This document shows, one piece after another, positions 7,124 through 15,292 of a stretch of DNA of 64,000 nt. The position numbers were made by a program, and so were the translations under genes. The stretch is from Candidatus Giovannonibacteria bacterium (GTDB lineage Bacteria; Patescibacteriota; Minisyncoccia; UBA11713; 2-01-FULL-45-33): contig JACOXN010000008.1 in NCBI GenBank assembly GCA_016176295.1, positions 4,638-68,637 of the forward strand, written 5' to 3'. Each line of letters begins with the position of its first letter. Positions within the stretch are counted from its first letter, which is position 1. The notes beneath the pieces were generated by a model. It was not told where the DNA came from. It was given only the letters and a program-made list of their open reading frames with translations, and searched no databases.

Positions 7124-9595
7124 ATGCCTAAAAAAGATAACAAAAAAAATCAACCCGAAGAGCATTCTATCGGCACGCTGGCTCCCCGCGAAATAGTCGC
7201 GGAAATGAAAGAATCATATCTGGATTACGCCATGTCCGTTATCGTGGCGCGAGCTCTCCCCGACGTGCGTGACGGCTTGAAGCCGGTTCACCGAAGAATA
7301 CTTTTCGCTATGCATGAAATGGGACTTACCCACCAGTCCAAATTCAAAAAGTCGGCTAATGTAGTCGGGGAAGTTATGGGCAAATACCACCCGCATGGGG
7401 ATTCGGCGATTTACGACACCATGGTCCGCTTGGCGCAGGATTTCTCCCTTCGCTATCCGTTAGTTCAAGGACAGGGAAACTTCGGCTCGATCGACGGGGA
7501 TTCTGCCGCAGCAATGCGTTATACGGAAGCAAGAATGGCCGCCATCGCAGCTGAAATGTTAAAAGACATCGAAAAGGACACAGTTGATTTTATGCCCAAT
7601 TACGATGGCTCTAAAACAGAGCCGTTGGTTTTGCCGGCTACTCTCCCACAGCTTCTCTTGAACGGAACTTTGGGAATTGCAGTCGGAATGGCAACCAACA
7701 TTCCTCCTCATAATATCACCGAAGTTCTTGACGCTACTTTGCATCTTATGGCGCACCCGCGGGCGACCGTCGAGGACTTGGTAGAATATGTGACCGGCCC
7801 GGATTTCCCTACCGGAGGAATGATTTTCAATAAAAAAGATATTTTACAAGCCTACATAACTGGCCGCGGAGGCGTAATAAACCGCGGGGAAGCCGAGATA
7901 GTGGAACGGAAGAATGGGGATTTCCAAATTTTGATAAGCTCCATCCCCTACCAGGTAAACAAAGCCGAGCTCATCATCCGGATGGCGGAGCTGGTTAACG
8001 AAAAAAAATTAGAAGGAATAAGAGACATCCGTGACGAATCGGACAAAGACGGACTCCAAATAGCGATTGAACTGAAACGCGATTCATACCCCCAAAAAGT
8101 TTTGAACGCGATATATAAATTTACCGAAATGGAGCGCGCATTTCATTTCAATATGGTGGCTTTGGTGGACGGTATCCAGCCCCAGACGCTGTCCTTAAAA
8201 GGCATTCTGGAAGAGTTCATCAAGCACCGCCGCATCGTGGTGGAAAGACGGGCCAAATTCGACCTCGCGCGGGCGCTTGACAGGGAACACATTCTTTTGG
8301 GTTTGAAAAAAGCCCTGGACCACATCGACGCTGTCATCAAGATCATCAAAAGTTCAAAGGACCGGGAGGAAGCCCATAAGAACTTGATGAAAAAGTTCGA
8401 TCTATCGGACAAACAATCCACGGCCATATTGGAAATGAGACTGCAGACATTGGCCGGGCTTGAAAGGCAAAAAATAGACGATGAACTCGCGGAAAAACAG
8501 AAACTCATTAAAGAACTGCGGGCTCTTTTGAAAGACCCCGCCAAAATTGACGGCGTAATAAAAGATGAGCTTGCCGAAATAAAGAGAAAATACGGGGATG
8601 AAAGGAAGACCAAGCTGGTAGCGGGTGCGGTAAAGAACCTTTCTGCCGAAGACCTGGTGCCTGAAGAAGAAACCATATTAATTCTCACACAGGGGGGGTA
8701 CGTTAAGCGAATCAGCCCTGACGAATACCGACTCCAAAAAAGAGGAGGAAAAGGCGTTATCGGCATGGCCACCAAAGAAGAAGACGTCGCCTATGAATTC
8801 GCCTACGGAAACACACACTCTGACGTTCTCTTTTTCACGAATTTAGGCAAAGTTTACCAGATAAAAATGTACGAAATACCTGTGGGAACCAGGCAATCCA
8901 AAGGAAAATCGATTTCCAATTTCCTTTCTTTGGCGACCGACGAAAGAGTAACTTCCGTGCTTCCGCTCCAAAAATCCGGCAAAGGGCAGCAAAGCTCGGT
9001 GGTTCTGGGCACCGAGAAAGGAGTCATCAAGAAAGTTAAATCCCCGGATTTTGAAGACGTCCGGCGCTCCGGCATCAAAGCTATCAATCTACAAAAAGGA
9101 GACACTTTGCGCTGGGCCAGGGTTTCCTCAGCCGGCGACGAAATAATACTTTCCACGAAACTGGGCCAAGCCATCAGATTCAAGGAAAAAGACGTAAGGG
9201 AAATGGGGAGAGCCGCACAGGGCATTCGCGGCATGCGCCTCAAAAAGAACGACGAGATAGTCGGCCTGGACGTAATCCCCAAAGACGCCAAGAACCTGGA
9301 AATATTCTCGATGTCGGAACTGGGTTACGGCAAAAAGACTCCGGTTGTCCAATACAGGCTTCAAAAAAGGGGCGGCTCCGGAATTAAAACCGTAAAACTT
9401 ACCCCAAAAACCGGCTCATTGGTTTCCGTGCAAGTAGCCAAAGAAGAAAAGGAAGAAATAATTGTCATTTCCAAAAAAGGCCAGGTCATCCGCGCCTCAC
9501 TCTCACAAATCCCGACTTTAGGCCGCGCCACCCAGGGCGTCCGAGTAATGAAACTCGACAAACCCGACGGCATCGCCTCGGTCACGATATTCTAG
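7124..9595 (+). CDS. gyrA: DNA gyrase subunit A
   Basis: 823-aa ORF with [19 protein letters not shown] (catalytic Tyr region), the QRDR-type [11 protein letters not shown], and C-terminal beta-pinwheel repeats. Confidence 0.97.
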   Translation: MPKKDNKKNQPEEHSIGTLAPREIVAEMKESYLDYAMSVIVARALPDVRDGLKPVHRRILFAMHEMGLTHQSKFKKSANVVGEVMGKYHPHGDSAIYDTMVRLAQDFSLRYPLVQGQGNFGSIDGDSAAAMRYTEARMAAIAAEMLKDIEKDTVDFMPNYDGSKTEPLVLPATLPQLLLNGTLGIAVGMATNIPPHNITEVLDATLHLMAHPRATVEDLVEYVTGPDFPTGGMIFNKKDILQAYITGRGGVINRGEAEIVERKNGDFQILISSIPYQVNKAELIIRMAELVNEKKLEGIRDIRDESDKDGLQIAIELKRDSYPQKVLNAIYKFTEMERAFHFNMVALVDGIQPQTLSLKGILEEFIKHRRIVVERRAKFDLARALDREHILLGLKKALDHIDAVIKIIKSSKDREEAHKNLMKKFDLSDKQSTAILEMRLQTLAGLERQKIDDELAEKQKLIKELRALLKDPAKIDGVIKDELAEIKRKYGDERKTKLVAGAVKNLSAEDLVPEEETILILTQGGYVKRISPDEYRLQKRGGKGVIGMATKEEDVAYEFAYGNTHSDVLFFTNLGKVYQIKMYEIPVGTRQSKGKSISNFLSLATDERVTSVLPLQKSGKGQQSSVVLGTEKGVIKKVKSPDFEDVRRSGIKAINLQKGDTLRWARVSSAGDEIILSTKLGQAIRFKEKDVREMGRAAQGIRGMRLKKNDEIVGLDVIPKDAKNLEIFSMSELGYGKKTPVVQYRLQKRGGSGIKTVKLTPKTGSLVSVQVAKEEKEEIIVISKKGQVIRASLSQIPTLGRATQGVRVMKLDKPDGIASVTIF

Positions 9596-9622
9596 AAAAA
9601 CAAAATCTGCTATAATAGACGC

Positions 9623-10156
9623 ATGGCCGAGTCATTTTTGAGACCCCAGGATGCCATTGAAATATGGGACGTGCGTCCGGGAGAAAAGATTGCCGACTTC
9701 GGATGCGGAGCAGGCTATTTTTCAGTGCCTTTGGGCCAAAGAGTGGGCACTGGAGGCCGGGTTTATGCATTGGATATCAGACCAGAGTCCCTGGAAGCAA
9801 CCCGCGCTAAAGCCAAGCTTTTCCGCGTCTACAGCGTCGAAACCTCACAGGCTAACCTGGAAAACGCCGGCGGTTCGGGGCTTCGCGAAGAAAGCGTGAA
9901 TAAAATAATAATTTCCAACATCCTTTTCCAGACCCAGCACAAACAGGGCCTCGCCCAGGAAGCTTACCGCGTATTGAAACCCGGCGGCACCATTATGGTG
10001 ATTGAGTGGAGCGAAGAAAAGAATTCGGGCGGTCCTCCGCTCGCCGACAGGGTGAACCGCGAGGAAGCGGAAAAATATTTTCTAACCGCGGGCTTTGTCT
10101 TTTACAAGGAATTTTCGGCCGGCTCCCACCATTACGGTTTAATTTTCAAGAAATAA
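9623..10156 (+). CDS. class I SAM-dependent methyltransferase
   Basis: 177-aa ORF with motif I IADFGCGAGYF and post-I YALDI. Confidence 0.8.
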   Translation: MAESFLRPQDAIEIWDVRPGEKIADFGCGAGYFSVPLGQRVGTGGRVYALDIRPESLEATRAKAKLFRVYSVETSQANLENAGGSGLREESVNKIIISNILFQTQHKQGLAQEAYRVLKPGGTIMVIEWSEEKNSGGPPLADRVNREEAEKYFLTAGFVFYKEFSAGSHHYGLIFKK

Positions 10157-10163
10157 AGCAAAC

Positions 10164-11462
10164 ATGAGCAAACTACAGATTATTTTAATAGGTGTTTCCA
10201 TTTTTTTTACCGCCATCGCCGTTCTTATAATCACCGGAGTTTTGCCGGGGGTATTGAAAGAAAGGACCGCTGCAGCCAATCTGACCATCTGGGGTTTTGA
10301 AAAAGACGGCGTTTTTGACGAAATATTCCGTGGTTACACCGGTGACAACCGCAGCATCCAGATAAAATACGTGCCAAAAAATCGCGAGACTTTTGAAAAT
10401 GATTTCGTAAATTCACTGGCCCGGCTCGAAGCTCCAGACATAGTTTTATTCCCTTCCGACTTTCTACAACAACAAAGCGATAAGTTAAGTGTGGCTCCTC
10501 CTATATTGATAACGGAAAGAGAGATAAGGCAGGATTTCATCGAAGCCGGATCTTTCTTTCTGAATGACGGGAACGAGGTACTTGGCATTCCTCTTTATGC
10601 GGATGCGCTGATCCTTTACTGGAACCGCGACCTTTTCAATAAAAATTTTATCACACTACCGCCCGCTACCTGGGATGATTTCGCCCAAGATGCCGCCGTA
10701 CTTACGGAAAAGGACGCCGAGGGCAACATAAAAATAGCCGGCGCCGCTTTGGGAAGAGCTATAAACATTAAACAAGCCCCGAATATCCTGACAGCTCTTT
10801 TTCTGCAGGCCGGGGAAAAAATAGTGGATGAAAAAGGGCAATTTATCCTGGGAAACAGTCTTACGACTGGGAACACGCTGCTCCAGCCGGCAGAGTCCAG
10901 CCTCCGTTTTTTCACCGAATTCTCCAACCGCGCCAAGGTCACGCAGAGCTGGTCCGGCGCCCTCCCTGAGGCAAAAGAGCTCTTTATCGCGGGTAACTTA
11001 GCAATGTACATCGGCCCTATATCCGAATACAAGGAGATCCTGGCAAAAAACCCGCATCTGAACTTTGCGCCCACAAATTTGCCTCAATTAAAAGGAGCGA
11101 CAACCCCTTCGACTTACGGCACAGTTTATGCGCTAGCCGTTCCCAAATTATCCCAAAACTACCAAGCGGCCTGGAATTTGATAAAATATCTAACAAGTCA
11201 GAAAATCTCCATTGAAGTAGCTAAGGCTGTCGAGAGTGTTTCGCCGAGAAGGGATACCTTGGGCTATTACAACGGAGACGCGGTGAGATCGGTATTCGCG
11301 CGAGCGGTTTTGACGCTCCAACTATGGAGAAACCCCAGCCCACAGAATGTGGACAATATATTCAGGATTTTGATCGAAGACTCGGCTCTTGGCCGAGCAA
11401 CTCTGCGCGAAATTCTAAATAACACGACTGCCAGACTTAAAGAATTAACAAAATCAAGATGA
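10164..11462 (+). CDS. extracellular solute-binding protein (ABC family-1-like), membrane-anchored, no cognate permease or ATPase nearby
   Basis: 432-aa ORF with an N-terminal TM anchor. SBP_bac_1-like segments are present (LTIWGF..., ALILYWNRDLF, ATWDDF, MYIGPISEY). The stop overlaps the next start (ATGA at 11459-11462). Confidence 0.7.
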   Translation: MSKLQIILIGVSIFFTAIAVLIITGVLPGVLKERTAAANLTIWGFEKDGVFDEIFRGYTGDNRSIQIKYVPKNRETFENDFVNSLARLEAPDIVLFPSDFLQQQSDKLSVAPPILITEREIRQDFIEAGSFFLNDGNEVLGIPLYADALILYWNRDLFNKNFITLPPATWDDFAQDAAVLTEKDAEGNIKIAGAALGRAINIKQAPNILTALFLQAGEKIVDEKGQFILGNSLTTGNTLLQPAESSLRFFTEFSNRAKVTQSWSGALPEAKELFIAGNLAMYIGPISEYKEILAKNPHLNFAPTNLPQLKGATTPSTYGTVYALAVPKLSQNYQAAWNLIKYLTSQKISIEVAKAVESVSPRRDTLGYYNGDAVRSVFARAVLTLQLWRNPSPQNVDNIFRILIEDSALGRATLREILNNTTARLKELTKSR

Positions 11463-12376
11463 AATACGCTACACGCTATACTCTCTACGCTTTAACAGCT
11501 CTCTCAATCGTTTCGGCCTTCTCCGCCTCAGCCCACGGAAGGTTCCCGACACAGCTTGTGCCTGAGGGATGCAACGTCAGCGCCTGCGCGCTCTGCGAAC
11601 TCTGGCATCTGGCGGATCATATAATAAATTTTCTCCTCTTTGAACTCGCATTCCCGATTCTCGTGGTAGCGCTTTTAATCGGTGGGCTGATATGGCTTAC
11701 AAGCGCGGGGAACCCCCAAGGCATTGAACGTGGTAAAAAGTTGATAGTAAACGGCATAATTGGAATATTGATAGCTTTTGGCGCCTGGATAATAGTAGGG
11801 ACGATAATTAGCACAATTGCAAACGGCAGTTTCAGCGGAGCGTGGAATTCGGTTACTTGCACACTGTCCCAGGCCGGCGCCGGAGGGAGTAGCGGAGGCG
11901 GCCAGCCGCCCGGAACCACACCACCCCCAACAACCCCGCCTGTTCCCCCTCCGCCCGGCGGAGGGGCCACAGAAAGTGAAACGCAAGCCAGACAAACATT
12001 AAGCAATGCGGGTATTACAGTAAATAAAAACCCTTGCCCTCCAGGAGTTAAGTATCAGGATGTAGTCGGAGGATGCACGTCTCTTGAAGGAGTAAAACAG
12101 TCAACTTTGAACGGAATTATTAATTTTAAAAATGAATGCCCAAGTTGCACGGTTCTAATAACAGGCGGTACGGAGCTTGGGCACACACCAGGAGTTATCA
12201 GCCACCAAAGCGGAAATAAGCTGGACATCAACCCCAATACGCAGCTTGACAGCTACGTTCAAAACAAATATCAGCCAATAGGTCAGTGCTTTCCGGCCGC
12301 ATCGGCATGTTTTCGCTCCCCTACGGGCCAAATTTGGGCCCGCGAATCCAACCATTGGGACGTAGCATTCCCCTAA
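11459..12376 (+). CDS. TrbC/VirB2-like pilin-type membrane domain fused via a Pro-rich linker to a LAS (M15-like) metallopeptidase-like domain
   Basis: 305 aa. It has a signal/TM, then the two-helix module FPILVVALLIGGLIWLTSAGNPQGIERGKKLIVNGIIGILIAFGAWIIVG and the linker GGGQPPGTTPPPTTPPVPPPPGG. The C-terminus has ISHQSGNKLDI (SxHxxGxxxD) and NHWDV (HxD). Confidence 0.55.
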   Translation: MKYATRYTLYALTALSIVSAFSASAHGRFPTQLVPEGCNVSACALCELWHLADHIINFLLFELAFPILVVALLIGGLIWLTSAGNPQGIERGKKLIVNGIIGILIAFGAWIIVGTIISTIANGSFSGAWNSVTCTLSQAGAGGSSGGGQPPGTTPPPTTPPVPPPPGGGATESETQARQTLSNAGITVNKNPCPPGVKYQDVVGGCTSLEGVKQSTLNGIINFKNECPSCTVLITGGTELGHTPGVISHQSGNKLDINPNTQLDSYVQNKYQPIGQCFPAASACFRSPTGQIWARESNHWDVAFP

Positions 12377-12379
12377 GCC

Positions 12380-12709
12380 ATGAATATAAAATACATCAGT
12401 TTAATAGCCATTTATTATCTTTTAACAATAAAAAGCGCTTCCGCCGTCCAAATTTACGACCCGCTTCCTTCGGGAACCACTTTCGAGACAGTGGTTAGAA
12501 GCGTAGGAAATATGTTGAAAGCCCTGGGTATCCCCCTAGCGGTCATATTTTTCATCTGGGCCGGATTTCTCTTTGTAACTGCCCAGGGCAATGAACAGCA
12601 AATAGAGAAGGCCAAAAAGGCCTTTTGGTGGACTGTGGTAGGCACCGCCTTGCTCGTGGGGGCAATAGTGCTCTCTGAGGCCATCGTAGATTTTGCCAAG
12701 GGTTTGTAA
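12380..12709 (+). CDS. TrbC/VirB2-like pilin-type small membrane protein (paralog 2)
   Basis: 109 aa. Signal peptide (..KSASA) followed by IPLAVIFFIWAGFLFVTAQGNEQQIEKAKKAFWWTVVGTALLVGAIVL. Confidence 0.65.
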   Translation: MNIKYISLIAIYYLLTIKSASAVQIYDPLPSGTTFETVVRSVGNMLKALGIPLAVIFFIWAGFLFVTAQGNEQQIEKAKKAFWWTVVGTALLVGAIVLSEAIVDFAKGL

Positions 12710-12872
12710 ACCCTGCCAACGCCGTCGGGGAAGAGGGTGTGGATAACCTTGTGAATAATTATGGTTATTCAACTCTTTTTATGCTAAAATTTTCTTATAA
12801 AAATAGAATTATCAATCAAAGGTCGAGCTGGATTGAAAAAGACAGCAATTAAAGCAAAAAAATATTAAATAT

Positions 12873-13217
12873 ATGAACAGAAAATCAATATATAAAATAG
12901 CTATCACAACGGCTTATGCGTTGCCATTCTTGGCATTCGCGCAAAACGTGCAGTCAGCCTTGCAAACCGTGCAAACCATTCTGAACGCCATTATCCCGAT
13001 TTTAATGATCTTGGCCACCATCGTATTTCTCTGGGGTGTTATCAAATACATCACGGCTGGAGGCGATGAAGAAGCCCTTAAAACCGGAAGGTCATACATG
13101 ATCTTCGGGTTAATAGGACTTTTCGTGATGGTAGCGGTATGGGGAATCGTAACTTTGCTCGTAAACACCTTCGGTGTCGGTGGGCGTACCATTCCTTTGG
13201 GACCGGGCACTATATAG
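12873..13217 (+). CDS. TrbC/VirB2-like pilin-type small membrane protein (paralog 3)
   Basis: 114 aa. Signal peptide, then IPILMILATIVFLWGVIKYITAGGDEEALKTGRSYMIFGLIGLFVMVAVWGIV. Confidence 0.7.
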   Translation: MNRKSIYKIAITTAYALPFLAFAQNVQSALQTVQTILNAIIPILMILATIVFLWGVIKYITAGGDEEALKTGRSYMIFGLIGLFVMVAVWGIVTLLVNTFGVGGRTIPLGPGTI

Positions 13218-13247
13218 ATAGTTCGAGGGCGTATTTTGAACATGAAA

Positions 13248-13276
13248 ACGGGGCCGCCTCTGGTGGCCCCGTTTCG
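13248..13276 (+). terminator. hairpin after pilin paralog 3
   Basis: AACGGGGCC-(9 nt)-GGCCCCGTT, a 9-bp stem followed by only TTT. Confidence 0.45.
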
Positions 13277-13303
13277 GCGAAAGTGTGCTATATTTAAAGT
13301 AAT

Positions 13304-13666
13304 ATGAAAAAACTAAATTTATCCATTAAAAAACTGGGCTTCAGCTTGATATTGGGCCTGCTTCCGCTTTTGGCGGCGGCACAGGGAGGAGGGACCGATG
13401 TAAACTCCACTCTCCTCAGCATCCAGCAAATTCTCCGCAACACCATTATAGTGCTGTTCGTTCTGGCCACCGTCGTGTTCCTCTGGGGCGTCATCAAATA
13501 CATGACTGCCGGCGGAGACGAGGATGCCATTTCCAGCGGACGCAACTTTATGATATTCGGAATTATCGGCTTATTCGTCATGGTAGCGGTCTGGGGTCTA
13601 GTGTACCTACTGGTAAACACTTTCGCGCTGCCTAATTCCGGCGGCATACCGACACAGCCTTTATAG
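13304..13666 (+). CDS. TrbC/VirB2-like pilin-type small membrane protein (paralog 4)
   Basis: 120 aa. Signal peptide (..LLAAAQG), then LATVVFLWGVIKYMTAGGDEDAISSGRNFMIFGIIGLFVMVAVWGLV. Confidence 0.7.
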   Translation: MKKLNLSIKKLGFSLILGLLPLLAAAQGGGTDVNSTLLSIQQILRNTIIVLFVLATVVFLWGVIKYMTAGGDEDAISSGRNFMIFGIIGLFVMVAVWGLVYLLVNTFALPNSGGIPTQPL

Positions 13667-13679
13667 GTTAATAAAAAAC

Positions 13680-13979
13680 ATGACAGTCCTTTCAACACTC
13701 GACCAAGTTAAAGCGATCTTAAATCAGGTCATTCCGATACTGATGATACTCGCCACGGTGATATTCCTCTGGGGTATCATCACCTACATCACCGCGGGGG
13801 GCGACGAGGAAAAGATTAAATCCGGGCGCCGCTTCATAGTTTTCGGGTTGGTAGGCCTTTTCCTCATGGTATCGGTTTGGGGTATAGTCGGAGTACTTAT
13901 GAACACTTTTGACTTAAACGGAGCGGGAATTCCTTCATACCCCGGAGGCATCGGAATACCGCCGACCACGACCCCCTAA
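13680..13979 (+). CDS. TrbC/VirB2-like pilin-type small membrane protein (paralog 5, no obvious signal peptide)
   Basis: 99 aa. IPILMILATVIFLWGIITYITAGGDEEKIKSGRRFIVFGLVGLFLMVSVWGIV. It starts 14 nt after the paralog 4 stop, leaving no room for a leader peptide. Confidence 0.65.
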   Translation: MTVLSTLDQVKAILNQVIPILMILATVIFLWGIITYITAGGDEEKIKSGRRFIVFGLVGLFLMVSVWGIVGVLMNTFDLNGAGIPSYPGGIGIPPTTTP

Positions 13980-13988
13980 TTTATTGCG

Positions 13989-14312
13989 ATGAAAATAAAG
14001 ACCTGGAAAATTTCACTTTTTGCCCTAATGTTTTTTTCCTACGGTTTTTTCCGGGTTGAGGCAAAGACCGTCTATGAACTGATAAACATCATCCAACAAA
14101 ACGTGATAAGCCCTTTGATAACGCTTTTCATGGTTCTCGCCACCGCCTTTTTTATCTGGGGGGTCATCGAGTTTCTGGGGGGCGCCGATTCCGAGGAAGC
14201 GCGAACGCGCGGGAAGCGCCACATGATCTGGGGGCTCGTGGGACTTGTGATAATGCTTAGCGTAAAATTCATCATTAACCTTTTGGAAAACTTTTTCTCG
14301 TCAATCGGATGA
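13989..14312 (+). CDS. TrbC/VirB2-like pilin-type small membrane protein (paralog 6)
   Basis: 107 aa. Signal peptide, then LFMVLATAFFIWGVIEFLGGADSEEARTRGKRHMIWGLVGLVIMLSV. Confidence 0.65.
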   Translation: MKIKTWKISLFALMFFSYGFFRVEAKTVYELINIIQQNVISPLITLFMVLATAFFIWGVIEFLGGADSEEARTRGKRHMIWGLVGLVIMLSVKFIINLLENFFSSIG

Positions 14313-14857
14313 ACCATTTTAGACAAAATTGTATCCAGGTCCTATTTCTAACGGGGTTTTTTCTCCCGCTTCTGGCTTCCGCGGCGACTTTTCAAGGTTT
14401 GGTTGGAAATATCATAGCCGTCGTAAAGACCGCGATAGGCGCGCTTTTTATTCTGGCAACCGTTGTTTTTTTGTGGTTTATTATCCAATATATCATTGCG
14501 GCAAGCTCGGGAGACGAGAGAAAACTATCGACAGCGAAATCATACATCGTCTACGGCATTATCGCCCTCTTCGTGATACTCTCCATGTGGGGCATTGCTA
14601 TTTTAATTTCCAGGTCTTTGTTTGAGGGAGGTGGTAGTGGTTATAACGGTAGTGGTAGTGGTAGTGGTAGTGGTAGTGGTAGTGGAGGAGGTAGTAGCAG
14701 CGGTGGTACTTTTATTTATGCCTGCGTAAATCCGTTCACTTGTTCTGTTGGACCCACCTATACGTCGACTTCCGGATTGGGCGCGCCTTCGCAATGCAAC
14801 GCAAGTTGTTCAAGAACATGCGTTCTAATTAGTGACCCGGCATATCGCTGTCCATAA
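14309..14857 (+). CDS. TrbC/VirB2-like pilin-type domain fused to a Gly/Ser repeat and a Cys-rich C-terminal tail (paralog 7)
   Basis: 182 aa. LFILATVVFLWFIIQYIIAASSGDERKLSTAKSYIVYGIIALFVILSMWGI is followed by GGGSGYNGSGSGSGSGSGSGGGSSSGG and a tail with 6 Cys. Its start overlaps the paralog 6 stop (ATGA). Confidence 0.65.
   Translation: MNHFRQNCIQVLFLTGFFLPLLASAATFQGLVGNIIAVVKTAIGALFILATVVFLWFIIQYIIAASSGDERKLSTAKSYIVYGIIALFVILSMWGIAILISRSLFEGGGSGYNGSGSGSGSGSGSGGGSSSGGTFIYACVNPFTCSVGPTYTSTSGLGAPSQCNASCSRTCVLISDPAYRCP
14648..14683 (+). repeat. hexanucleotide microsatellite (GGTAGT)x6 inside paralog 7
   Basis: Six perfect tandem GGTAGT units encode (GS)6, flanked by related GGT/AGC codons. Confidence 0.95.
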
Positions 14858-14867
14858 AACTTTTTTC

Positions 14868-14951
14868 GCTGAGGTGGCGGAATTGGCAGACGCGACGGCC
14901 TTAGGAGCCGTTGGGAGCAATCCCGTGGGAGTTCAACTCTCCCCCTCAGCA
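14868..14951 (+). tRNA. tRNA-Leu (anticodon TAG)
   Basis: Acceptor GCTGAGG/CCTCAGC. Anticodon arm ACGGC-CTTAGGA-GCCGT. Long variable arm, T arm GGGAG-TTCAACT-CTCCC, no encoded CCA. Confidence 0.9.
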
Positions 14952-14979
14952 CTTTGCGCAAGCTACTGAATTTTGTTAG

Positions 14980-15012
14980 TTGACAAATACTCTATAGGGG
15001 TATAGGGTATAT
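14980..15012 (+). promoter_or_regulatory. possible csoR promoter/operator
   Basis: A perfect TTGACA at 14980-14985 is followed by ATACTCTATAGGGGTATAGGGTATAT, with GGGGTAT/GGGTAT half-sites reminiscent of CsoR operators, ending 3 nt before the csoR ATG. No clean -10 or SD could be assigned. Confidence 0.3.
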
Positions 15013-15014
15013 GT

Positions 15015-15287
15015 ATGGTAAACCAAGAACTAAAAAAGAGGGCCCTTCACAGGGCGAAAATAATCCGCGGGCAGCTGGACGGGCTTATTAGCGCTATAGA
15101 TAAAGAGGAATACTGCACAAAGCTCCTAGAGCAGTCCCTCTCCATCCAAAGGTCCTTAAAAAGTCTCGACGCTTTTCTTCTCGAGAACCATCTAAGAACG
15201 CACGTACGCCACCAAATGTCGAAAAAAAACGAAGTTGAAAAAGCCATCAAGGAGTTGGTGAATATTTTTACCCTTTCAATCAAATAA
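15015..15287 (+). CDS. csoR: metal-sensing transcriptional repressor, CsoR/RcnR (DUF156) family
   Basis: 90 aa. RAKIIRGQLDGLISAIDKEEYCTKLLEQSLSIQRSLKSLDAFLLENHLRTHV matches the CsoR helical-bundle pattern with the conserved Cys and His. Confidence 0.85.
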   Translation: MVNQELKKRALHRAKIIRGQLDGLISAIDKEEYCTKLLEQSLSIQRSLKSLDAFLLENHLRTHVRHQMSKKNEVEKAIKELVNIFTLSIK

Positions 15288-15292
15288 AAAGG

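Noticed and set aside
8143-8775. 210-aa minus-strand ORF inside gyrA, and similar long antisense ORFs at 25310..25912 (in infB), 46460..47020 (in the hydrolase gene), 57827..58459 and 56501..57019 (in purF and neighbours), and 3275..3781 (in mfd)
   Set aside because: Each lies fully antisense to a confidently identified conserved gene. Their products are low-complexity and Ser/Arg/Pro-rich with no motifs. These are typical shadow ORFs.
14631-14700. Short tandem repeats considered as a possible CRISPR or minisatellite array
   Set aside because: The unit is only 6 nt and contiguous, with no spacers, and lies in frame inside a CDS. It is a coding microsatellite. No CRISPR-like repeat-spacer pattern was seen anywhere in the window.
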